Assembly: GCA_038245295.1 (NCBI GenBank)
Contig: JBBRSP010000032.1
Location: 7,410 to 71,409, forward strand
From: Candidatus Binatia bacterium
GTDB lineage: Bacteria > Desulfobacterota > Binatia > HRBIN30
Reading direction: 5' to 3'
DNA length: 64,000 bases
This document shows, one piece after another, positions 7,937-16,219 of the stretch; the first letter of the stretch is position 1; each line of letters opens with the position of its first letter. A program made the position numbers and the translations under genes. The notes under the pieces are model-generated. The model saw nothing but the letters and a program-made list of their open reading frames with translations, did not search any database and was not told the origin of the DNA.

Positions 7937-10597
7937 TCAGCGCGCATAGTTGATTCTGTAGGATTCCGTTCCGTGGCAGGTTGGCGTGCAGGTACCGCCG
8001 GTCGTCGTTTCCGTATAGCTGATGATACCTGGCGTTCTTCCGGTGGCGATGAGGTGCGGCTGGGTCGCCACGCCGTGCGAGTCGTGGCAGGCGTAACAAG
8101 GGTATTGATGATCGCCGAGATGTTTCGTGTGGCCTTCGTCCGTCGCCGGTAGATTGAAGCGACTGTAACTCTTCTCGGTGATGGTCGCTCCCTCGTTGGC
8201 GTAGGTGTTGTAACGATGACAGGCGAAGCATTCTTCGGTGGACGCCATGACGCGCCGTGCGCTGGACGCAATTGCCGGCTGCTTGAGCAGGTAGCGATTC
8301 TGCGACCCGTGCGGGCCGCGCACCGTCGGGTCATCGCTGCTGTGGCAGTCGCCGCAGTACATCTGCGCCGAGCCGGTCCAGCCATTGATGAAGGAGAGGA
8401 CGTTGACGTTGGTGTTCTTCCCGACAGCCTCAACCGGATGGTACGAGCGGTTGTTGCTGTTGAAGACGACGGCGAGATTCGACTGACCGGCCGGCTGCGT
8501 CGTCCAGGAGGAGTGGCACTTGAAGCACATCTGGTACTCGGCGACGGGCGCTGTCGAATCGCTCTTGTTGCGAAACGTGTATGCCGGGGTCGTTCCTGCC
8601 GCACCGTTGGTGACGGCGACACGTGATACGCCGCGAAGGTGATTGGAGAGGGCCGGCGCCGCAGGGGCTGCCGAGTCGGCGCGCGCCGCATGGGAGTTGT
8701 GACAATCCTCACACTCGGCGTGACGGTTGGCGTTTCCAAATGCCGCCGAAGTGCCAGCCTCGGTGTTGCTGTGGCGGCCGCTGTAGTCGTCGGTCGGATG
8801 TCGGTAGGTCTTGGTATCCTGCAGCAGGATGTTCTTTGCCGCCGGGCCTCCGTCGTGGCAGGCGTAGCAAAGCTTCTCTTCGCGGTTGGCCAATAGGTTC
8901 GGATAGTCCTGCGTCGGCGTGCTGCCATCGGGCCAACCGTGGGTCATGTGACAATTCGTGCAAGACCCACGCTTCGTTGTGTCGATGACACGCGGCAAAC
9001 GCGTGCCGAACGACGGCCCCGGCCACAACGCGCCGGTCGTTGGATTCAAGTGCGCCGCCGGGGAGACCGTGTCGGCGAGGCTGTGGCAGTCAGTGCAGAG
9101 GGCGTTGAGATTCGACAGGCGCGCCAATGTCCCATCCGTGGCTCCGCCGTTGTTATGGAGCTGATGACACGACATGCACTGCACTTTGTGGGTCGTCTTG
9201 TCCAAGGGAATGGTCGACGGCGTCTTGTAGGCACCGGCCGGCAACACGACACCCACCGGGTGCGAGCCGAGAGCCGAGCCGTTGACATTGCGGGCACTGT
9301 GACAGTCGAGGCACGTTTGGTTGGTGTCGTCGTCCAGACGCTGACAATGGCGGCCGTTGCCGCCGGGGCCGGGCGTGCCACTCGGGCCGGGGGTCGGATA
9401 GGCCGGAGCTGTCGGATCGAACGGTTGGGCCATCTGGCTGTGCTCGTTGTGGCACGACGAACACGTAACCTTGCCGCTCGCCAGGCGCGCCGCCAGGGCC
9501 AGCGACGTTGGCTGATTGATGTCGCTGTTGGCATAGACGGTCCACTGATCGTTCAGCTTGAACGCCGGTGGTGGCGTGGCGTTCGCGAACGTTATGTTGA
9601 TGCCCTCGTCGAGGCCGACATTGCTGCCGGTCGTGATGCCCGTGGTTGCCGGTGCGGCGACGAGGTACTCGATCTGGACATCATCGACGTAGACAAAGTC
9701 GGTCGCTCCCGCGGTGCCGCTCCCGAGAAAGCGAATGTACGTGGTGGTTGCGATGAAAGCGCTGAGGTCGAAGGCTTGCGCTACCACGGCATTGTCGCAG
9801 GCATTGAGATTGTATGTAGCGAGCGTTGTCCATGTTGCACCGTCGGTGCTGGCCTGCAGCGCCACATTCGCGGTGCTGGTGTTCGGACACGTCGCCAGTT
9901 GACGTCGGTAGCTGAAGCTCAGTAGCGCGGAAGTGGCGCCGGTTGATGTGGACGGTCGTTGGATGGCCCTGGTGTTGATCGTGCCGCCGCCAATGCGCAA
10001 GCAATTGCCGGCGACACAGGCGGCGTTGGCGACGACACGCAGGACGCCGGCGTTGACGCCGTCCGCCTCGACCACCTCCTGCCACGGTGTGGCTGTCCAC
10101 GTTCGAGTGCCGTTGCTCCCGTTGAAAGCGATGGTCGTAAACTCGTCGCGATAGGTCTGCGCCGCCGGCAACGAGGTCGTCCATCCAAACTTGGCAACGC
10201 CCACATCACCGGGCGTCGTGATCGTCAACGTGTAACTCTTCGAGTAACGCCCGCTGAAAGTACCTGCCGAGGTTACCTTGCCGGGCGACGTGTTGGCCGG
10301 GCTCGCCTTGACCCAACCCGAAGCGCCCGAGTCCCAGCGATGTGATGTGCCTCCCACTCCCGGCACCGCCTCGTCGGAATCGGCAAACGGCATGGTCGCG
10401 GCCAAACCGCCGCTACTGTGGCAGCTCATGCACAAGTTCGGATTGCCGGCGATCTTGGTGATCGCTCCGCCAGGGGCGTGGTGTGTGATGTGGCAACTGG
10501 CGCAGGTGATCGAGTTGCTGGAGTCATGCGGCGGGTCGAGGGCCAGCGCCGGCGTCGTGAACGCGAGGAGGACGAGCAGCAGCAATCGTGCGCTCAT
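7937..10597 (-). CDS. Large multiheme cytochrome c (13 CxxCH + 1 CxxxCH) with a heme-free beta-rich insertion
   Basis: Signal peptide; 2 hemes, then about 270 aa without heme motifs, then 11 CxxCH and a terminal CTPTCH. ATGA-coupled to the upstream gene. Confidence 0.9.
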   Translation of the reverse strand: MSARLLLLVLLAFTTPALALDPPHDSSNSITCASCHITHHAPGGAITKIAGNPNLCMSCHSSGGLAATMPFADSDEAVPGVGGTSHRWDSGASGWVKASPANTSPGKVTSAGTFSGRYSKSYTLTITTPGDVGVAKFGWTTSLPAAQTYRDEFTTIAFNGSNGTRTWTATPWQEVVEADGVNAGVLRVVANAACVAGNCLRIGGGTINTRAIQRPSTSTGATSALLSFSYRRQLATCPNTSTANVALQASTDGATWTTLATYNLNACDNAVVAQAFDLSAFIATTTYIRFLGSGTAGATDFVYVDDVQIEYLVAAPATTGITTGSNVGLDEGINITFANATPPPAFKLNDQWTVYANSDINQPTSLALAARLASGKVTCSSCHNEHSQMAQPFDPTAPAYPTPGPSGTPGPGGNGRHCQRLDDDTNQTCLDCHSARNVNGSALGSHPVGVVLPAGAYKTPSTIPLDKTTHKVQCMSCHQLHNNGGATDGTLARLSNLNALCTDCHSLADTVSPAAHLNPTTGALWPGPSFGTRLPRVIDTTKRGSCTNCHMTHGWPDGSTPTQDYPNLLANREEKLCYACHDGGPAAKNILLQDTKTYRHPTDDYSGRHSNTEAGTSAAFGNANRHAECEDCHNSHAARADSAAPAAPALSNHLRGVSRVAVTNGAAGTTPAYTFRNKSDSTAPVAEYQMCFKCHSSWTTQPAGQSNLAVVFNSNNRSYHPVEAVGKNTNVNVLSFINGWTGSAQMYCGDCHSSDDPTVRGPHGSQNRYLLKQPAIASSARRVMASTEECFACHRYNTYANEGATITEKSYSRFNLPATDEGHTKHLGDHQYPCYACHDSHGVATQPHLIATGRTPGIISYTETTTGGTCTPTCHGTESYRINYAR

Positions 10598-13572
10598 GGC
10601 GCCACCCACCCGACGAAGCCATGCAAATCCACGGTGGAGCTCGGGGCCAGGTCAATCGCCTCCCCGAGCAAGGCGCCGTGAATTGCCGCGGCGCGCCCGA
10701 CATGAATACGTCGGCTTGCCACGATCGAGCCGGTGACGGCGGACTCCCGCTTCAGTGCAGCCGACTGGTCCACGACGAACAGCACACGCTCGGGCGATAG
10801 GCCCTCGGTGTCGATGCGTGCTGCCGAACCGAGGATGAGACGGCCGTGTACGCGCACGATCACTGTATCGGTGCCGCCATCACCGGCCAAAGTCAGTCGA
10901 CTTCCGGGGCCGAGGATGAGGTTGTTCAGGTCGACGACGACTTGTCCGCCACCAAGACTACCGGCAGCCGGGAGGCGGCGGCTAGCGGCGCGCCCCAGCG
11001 TTAGCGTGCCAAGAATGAGATCCGGTCGCGGTGCGAGGCCGGCGAGCTGCGCCAGCCGACGTGTCGCCAATGTCCGCGCCGCGACACACTCGGAGAGCGC
11101 CACGCTGTTGCCGGTTGTATCAACGCGTCCACTGACGCTGGTGGCCTCGATCCCGCTGACACTACCGCCGCCGGTGCTGGCATCGCCGCTGGTCGAACTG
11201 CCATGGCGAAAGGCGACGGCACGGCCGCTGTCGGCCCACGCTGTCAGGTTGCCGTCGACGCGCGCGAAGAGACCGAGCTTCAACTCCTCGACACAGATCT
11301 CGCCGAGGACGATCGTATCGCTGCCGAGTTTGGTCGTGCGACGCACGTGTGTAGGCAGGGGCCAGCGCAGCAGGGCGTAGTTCGCGGTGACGAAGCGGCC
11401 GCGACAGGAACCGGCTCCGTTACAGGTATCACCCACGGTCGCGGCATCCAGGTCATCGCAAGGCTTTGTGGAGAATGGGTGTCCACAAGTGCCCGCCGAG
11501 TCGCAAATGTCGTCCGTGCAGTCGTTGCCATCGTTGCAGTCCCGTAAGGCGCCCCGGCACACACCGCCGGCGCAGTTGTCACCGAGCGTGCAAGCATTGC
11601 CGTCGTCGCACGCAGCCGAGTTGTTGCCGCGGGCGCAGCCGCTAGCCGGATTGCAGCTGTCATCGGTGCAGTCGTTGGCGTCATTGCAATCACGCGCCGC
11701 GCCGCGGCAGGTGCCGTCGCCGCAGGTGTCACCCACGGTGCAGGCATTGCCGTCGTCGCACGCAGCCGAGTTGTTGCCGTGGGCGCAGCCGCTCGTCGGA
11801 TTGCAGCCGTCATCGGTGCAGTCGTTGCTGTCATTGCAGTCGCGCGGCGCGCCGCCACAAATGCCGCTGCCGCAGGTGTCACCCAGGGTGCAAGCGCTGC
11901 CGTCGTCGCAGGGCGAGATGTTGTCGGCGTGGAGGCAGCCACTGGCGGGGGCGCAGCTGTCGTCGGTGCAGGTATTGTTGTCGTTGCAGTCGAGCGCCGC
12001 GCCGGTGCAGACTCCGCCGCCGCAGGTATCACCCGAGGTGCAAGCGTTGGCATCGTCACAGGCTGCCGTGTTTGGGCTGAAGACACAGCCGTTCGGCGCA
12101 TCACACGAATCGTCGGTGCAGACATTGCCGTCGTCGCAATGGAGCGCCCGTCCGACACAGACTCCGGCGCTGCAAGTATCTTCGATAGTGCAGGCGTCGC
12201 CATCTTCGCAGCCACCGCCGTCCGCCTTGGCCCGAACCGTGCAGCCGCTGGGGACAAGGCATACCGCCTCGCTACACTGCGGGTCGGCGTCGCCGAGAGG
12301 GCAGAGGGTGCCCGGGCCACAGATCGTCACCTGCAGCGCCGTCGAGCCCTCGAAGTGCATGGCGCCGATGGAACCGGTGAGCTGGACGGTCGCGGCACCT
12401 TGCGCCGGCAGTGTGGTGAGCAACTGGGCTGTATCAAATTCGACGCGCAGGTCGGCCACACCGTTGTTGTCATGATCGCCGCTGGTGACGGTGGCGGAAG
12501 CGTGGATGCCATTGGCGGTGATAGTCGATGGGTCGATCTGGTCCGGTGAGTATCCCGGCACTTCGATGTAGGCCGCGACTACCGGCGGCGGCGTCGCACG
12601 TTCGATGGGATCCGGAGCGATCTGGGCCACAGCGGGTGCGACGCTTTCGGGATCGGTGAAGGTGCCGAGACTGAAGACTTCGAGGCGAGCGTTATTGGCG
12701 GCGGCGATGAAGAGGCGATTAGAGGAATCAATCGCCAGACTCACGGGGATCCTCAACTGGCCCGGGGCATCGCCGAAGTCGCCGAGATAACTTACGAAGT
12801 CGCCGTTACGATCGAGGACCTCGACGCGGCCTTCGACGGAGTCCGCCACGTAGACGCGCCCCTGGGCGTCGAGAGCGATTCCTTGCGGCATGTTGAACTT
12901 GCCGGCGCTGTTTCCCTGGGCGCCGAAGCAGGACAGGAATGTGCCGTCGGCGGCGAAGGTCTCGACGCGATAGTTGAGTTGGTCGACAACGAGGACCTGC
13001 CGTGTCGCCGCATCTACAGCGACGGCGACGGGGACGTTGAACTGGCCATCGCCGCTGCCTTGTCCTCCGAACGCGAACAGGGGAGCACCACCGGCCGCGT
13101 AGACTTTGACGCTGTGGGCGGCGCTGTCGACGATGTACAGATTACCGGTAACGGCCTCGATCGCGATGTCGTTCGGCAGCCCGAGCTCGCCGGCGCCGCG
13201 GCCGCATTGAAAGAGCTGCTGCCAGGCGGCGTCGAACGCCGTGACACTGCCCGTGGCGGCATCGCCGACGTAGATTGTGTCATTGCCGGCGACGGCAACA
13301 CTTGTTGGGCGAGCAACGGGCTTGGTCCGCGACAAGACCCGGCCGTTTGCCGCCCGCACGACGATCTCGTTGAGCGCCGAATCGACGATGTAAAGGTTGC
13401 CCGACGGAGTCGCGGCGACACGACTCGGCACGCCAAAAGGGGCTCGATAGGCGCGCAGGTATGACGCCGGTGGTGCCGGCAATGCTGAGGTGCCGCCACC
13501 TCCACACAACCCATGCGCCGTCGAGGAGAGTAGCAGCGCGGGAAGAACGAGAAGTCGTATTGGGAGTGACAT
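10594..13572 (-). CDS. Secreted protein: NHL propeller + Cys-rich CxDGNxCT repeats + C-terminal beta-helix-like domain
   Basis: Signal peptide, NHL blades (about aa 45-300), GDHDNNGVADL motif, many CDDGNACT/CNDxNxCTDDxC repeats (Dictyostelium-type), beta-solenoid-like C-terminus. Confidence 0.8.
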   Translation of the reverse strand: MSLPIRLLVLPALLLSSTAHGLCGGGGTSALPAPPASYLRAYRAPFGVPSRVAATPSGNLYIVDSALNEIVVRAANGRVLSRTKPVARPTSVAVAGNDTIYVGDAATGSVTAFDAAWQQLFQCGRGAGELGLPNDIAIEAVTGNLYIVDSAAHSVKVYAAGGAPLFAFGGQGSGDGQFNVPVAVAVDAATRQVLVVDQLNYRVETFAADGTFLSCFGAQGNSAGKFNMPQGIALDAQGRVYVADSVEGRVEVLDRNGDFVSYLGDFGDAPGQLRIPVSLAIDSSNRLFIAAANNARLEVFSLGTFTDPESVAPAVAQIAPDPIERATPPPVVAAYIEVPGYSPDQIDPSTITANGIHASATVTSGDHDNNGVADLRVEFDTAQLLTTLPAQGAATVQLTGSIGAMHFEGSTALQVTICGPGTLCPLGDADPQCSEAVCLVPSGCTVRAKADGGGCEDGDACTIEDTCSAGVCVGRALHCDDGNVCTDDSCDAPNGCVFSPNTAACDDANACTSGDTCGGGVCTGAALDCNDNNTCTDDSCAPASGCLHADNISPCDDGSACTLGDTCGSGICGGAPRDCNDSNDCTDDGCNPTSGCAHGNNSAACDDGNACTVGDTCGDGTCRGAARDCNDANDCTDDSCNPASGCARGNNSAACDDGNACTLGDNCAGGVCRGALRDCNDGNDCTDDICDSAGTCGHPFSTKPCDDLDAATVGDTCNGAGSCRGRFVTANYALLRWPLPTHVRRTTKLGSDTIVLGEICVEELKLGLFARVDGNLTAWADSGRAVAFRHGSSTSGDASTGGGSVSGIEATSVSGRVDTTGNSVALSECVAARTLATRRLAQLAGLAPRPDLILGTLTLGRAASRRLPAAGSLGGGQVVVDLNNLILGPGSRLTLAGDGGTDTVIVRVHGRLILGSAARIDTEGLSPERVLFVVDQSAALKRESAVTGSIVASRRIHVGRAAAIHGALLGEAIDLAPSSTVDLHGFVGWVAP
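11430..12230 (-). repeat. Intragenic ~126-bp (42-aa) Cys-rich tandem repeats
   Basis: Near-identical units such as gcattgccgtcgtcgcacgcagccgagttgttgccg at about 11594 and 11744. Confidence 0.75.
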
Positions 13573-13586
13573 GGTGCGGCTGTCCG

Positions 13587-14969
13587 TCAGTGGGCGACCT
13601 GTTTGGAGCGGAAGGTGGCGGTGTCATGGCACGTTGCGCATTGTGTTCCCTGCTTGGCGCAGCTGGCCGTGGTGTTGCTGTGGCACGAGACACATTGGCG
13701 ACCGACCTCGCTGTAGGAGCGCGAGCGGTGGCACTGGCTACAGATCAGGCGCGTGTGAGCGCCGGTGAGAGGGAAAGGGCTGGCGTCGTGATCGAACAGC
13801 ACCTGGCGGCTCCAGCCCCGTTCATCGTGACAGCTCTCACATCGGGTTCCTTGTTGATGATTGTGCACGTCGTCATCGCGGTGGCACGAGTAACAGGTGG
13901 TCGACTGCCGCTCGGCGCGTGGCTCGGCGCGGTGGCAATTCGTGCACGGTGTCTCCTTGTGGCGGCCACGCAGCGCGAAATGTGTGTGGCGATCGTGGTC
14001 GAAGGTCGGTCGGCGCCAGTCGATGGGTGTGTGACACGACTCGCAGGTGTTGCCGAAATGCCCCTGATGCCTGTCGTCGCGGGCGTGGCAGCTGACGCAG
14101 GTGGCAGAGGTGTGGTCCGCCGCCGTGCCGGGTTTGTGGCAGCTGACACAGGCGGTTGCCGCGTGCCGACCGATCAAGGGGAAGGATGTCTTGCGCGCGT
14201 GGTCGAAGATGGCGCCGGTCCAACCGCGCGTCGTGTGGCACGCCAGGCAGTTGCTGCCGAAGGTTCCCTGGTGGCGGTCGTTCTTAGAATGACAGGCAAC
14301 GCATTCTGTGGGCGTCGGCTTGAAGCGCCGACTCGTATGGCAGCTCTCGCAGCGCAGCGTCTGATGTCGATCCCGCAAGGGGAAGCGAGTTGCGCTGTGG
14401 TCGAACTGTGCCGGCTTCCAGCCGCTCTCGTCGTGGCAACTCGTGCAGGCCATACCGAGTGTGCCGTCGTGCGGATCCTTTGTCTGGTTGTGGCAGTCGC
14501 TACACGCCGAGGGGGCGTCGCGAAAGCGGGTGTCGGCGGGATGGCAACCTTCACAGTCGAGCTTGGTGTGACCTCCGACGAGCGGCATGTCGGTGAGGCG
14601 ATGATCAAAGGTGCGGCGTTCGAGATGGATCAGGGTCGCGTCGCGGCCCTTGTGTTCAGCGTGGCAGGATTTGCATTGCTGCGCCTTGACTGTCGGCTCG
14701 TGCCCGTGGAAGCCGCGGCTGGAATCGAGATCGCCGGCGACGTCCGTATGGCACGCCAGGCAGAGACGGTCCTGCGACGCCTTTTCGAAAGGCTCATGGC
14801 ATTTGCCGCACGCCTTCTCCGTCGCCGCATGCTTCTCTGTGACTTGTCCAGGCATAACTAGTGATTCAACCCATGTGGCTCGCGCCGGCCCAGGGACCCA
14901 GATCATCAACACAGCGGCCATCACGATCACGCACGCTCTGGATCGGGTCGCCCACAGTCCCCACCGCAT
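13587..14969 (-). CDS. 18-heme periplasmic cytochrome c
   Basis: Signal peptide; 18 CxxCH counted, in repeated FDH...FPLxGxH..CxxCH units. Confidence 0.92.
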   Translation of the reverse strand: MRWGLWATRSRACVIVMAAVLMIWVPGPARATWVESLVMPGQVTEKHAATEKACGKCHEPFEKASQDRLCLACHTDVAGDLDSSRGFHGHEPTVKAQQCKSCHAEHKGRDATLIHLERRTFDHRLTDMPLVGGHTKLDCEGCHPADTRFRDAPSACSDCHNQTKDPHDGTLGMACTSCHDESGWKPAQFDHSATRFPLRDRHQTLRCESCHTSRRFKPTPTECVACHSKNDRHQGTFGSNCLACHTTRGWTGAIFDHARKTSFPLIGRHAATACVSCHKPGTAADHTSATCVSCHARDDRHQGHFGNTCESCHTPIDWRRPTFDHDRHTHFALRGRHKETPCTNCHRAEPRAERQSTTCYSCHRDDDVHNHQQGTRCESCHDERGWSRQVLFDHDASPFPLTGAHTRLICSQCHRSRSYSEVGRQCVSCHSNTTASCAKQGTQCATCHDTATFRSKQVAH

Positions 14970-14972
14970 GGC

Positions 14973-15923
14973 TCAATACATGTTCACCGCGATGACGTGC
15001 AGGACTCCTGCAAGCACCAACATAATGAACAGCGGAATGTGCAGCGCGTGCCAGAGCGAGAACAGTCGCTCGAAGGCGCCGAACTGCAGATCTTTGACAA
15101 GGGCGTTCATGTAGTCGCGGATGACCTCGGCGGTTTCCTCCTCGTTCAGGCGAGTACCGCAGCCTTCGGGTTGAGTGCCCCGGGTGGCCGCCAGCAGATC
15201 ACGATGCAGGTCGCGTACAATGCGACGCTGCACCCAGGCGGCATAAAACGGCAGGACCAGGATCCGAAATAGACGACTGACGAGACCCGTGCGTTGGGCT
15301 CCGGCACGACGTGCGAACCGTGCCAGGCGCTGTGCGGCGTCGGATGTCGGGGGTAGCCGTTCCTCCAAGGTGTGGGCGGACGAGTCGAGCATCGCATCGA
15401 GGTCTTTGATGGTGGCGCGTGCGCCGTAGAGGCCGTGGCTGATGCGTGTGTAGATGTAGCGGCCGACGACGCCGCTGGCCGACACGATCAGCATCGAAAA
15501 CAATGCGACATTACTGTTGGGCGCCCCCAGGTGGAAGCCACAGTGGAATAGGATCAGCACGGGGCCGATGACCCCGAGCAGCATGTGCGTGCGGAACCAG
15601 TGGCTCAGGGAACCCCAGGAGCGCATGAAGCGTAGCGACTTGCGGGCCGGGTACAGGGCCAGAATAAGCATGGCTGAGGCGCCGGCGATGCCAAGTCCGT
15701 AACCGAGCCCATGTTTTGGTGTGATCCCGAGATGATCCCGGGAACTCCAGCCGAGAGTCACGGTGATCGCGACGACGCCGGTAAACAGGATGGCGGAAAG
15801 GCTCGGGTTGTGTGCCTTGCGGTGGACCCGCCGCGGTCGCGTCGCCGATTGTGAATCGTCATCACGGGCACGCCCGGTAAGATGGATCGAGAAGGGGCGA
15901 GCAACACTCATCGTCGACTCCAT
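14973..15923 (-). CDS. Inner-membrane protein, cytochrome b/ferric-reductase-like
   Basis: About 5 hydrophobic helices with His in WFRTHMLLG, ILFHCGF, LWHALHIP and VLHVIAV. Confidence 0.65.
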   Translation of the reverse strand: MESTMSVARPFSIHLTGRARDDDSQSATRPRRVHRKAHNPSLSAILFTGVVAITVTLGWSSRDHLGITPKHGLGYGLGIAGASAMLILALYPARKSLRFMRSWGSLSHWFRTHMLLGVIGPVLILFHCGFHLGAPNSNVALFSMLIVSASGVVGRYIYTRISHGLYGARATIKDLDAMLDSSAHTLEERLPPTSDAAQRLARFARRAGAQRTGLVSRLFRILVLPFYAAWVQRRIVRDLHRDLLAATRGTQPEGCGTRLNEEETAEVIRDYMNALVKDLQFGAFERLFSLWHALHIPLFIMLVLAGVLHVIAVNMY

Positions 15924-15990
15924 TCCCCGTCGCCGGTTCCCTGCATTGGTTTGGACTTCGTCAGCATCATCAAATCCGTGAGTGCGTCAG

Positions 15991-16006
15991 TGCAAACCTC
16001 ATGCCC
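15991..16006 (-). promoter_or_regulatory. sigma54 promoter for the cytochrome operon
   Basis: GGGCATGAGGTTTGCA, with exact GG-N10-GC spacing. Confidence 0.65.
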
Positions 16007-16063
16007 TGATTTGAGGGGGCTGTGCGAAGCACGGGAACCTTGCCGAAGTGGCAATTCGGCAAA

Positions 16064-16112
16064 CGCAAGAGTTTGCGGAGCGGCAAGGTTGTCACTGCAA
16101 ACGCTTGCAGTG
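16064..16112. promoter_or_regulatory. Paired palindromic UAS between the divergent sigma54 promoters
   Basis: CGCAA-gagt-TTGCG at 16064 and cacTGCAA-acgc-TTGCAgtg at 16093-16112; cores 32 bp apart. Confidence 0.6.
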
Positions 16113-16161
16113 CAGTGGGTACGTTGCGCAGGCGAGGTCTACATCGTTCTTGTCGGCTGAG

Positions 16162-16177
16162 CGGCATTGCACTTGCA
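16162..16177 (+). promoter_or_regulatory. sigma54 promoter for the oxidoreductase
   Basis: CGGCATTGCACTTGCA, GG-N10-GC spacing, about 43 bp upstream of the probable start. Confidence 0.6.
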
Positions 16178-16219
16178 TCGTCGGCGGTATGTGGATGGCC
16201 ATGGCAGGATGAAGTTGGG

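Noticed and set aside
11430-12230. Cys-rich repeats as heme-binding sites
   Set aside because: No CxxCH motifs; the pattern fits disulfide/Ca-binding repeats.
38-15272. Long + strand ORFs opposite the cytochrome operon (e.g. 3069-4277, 13461-14861, 11387-12475)
   Set aside because: Antisense shadows typical of high-GC coding DNA, with no recognisable motifs.
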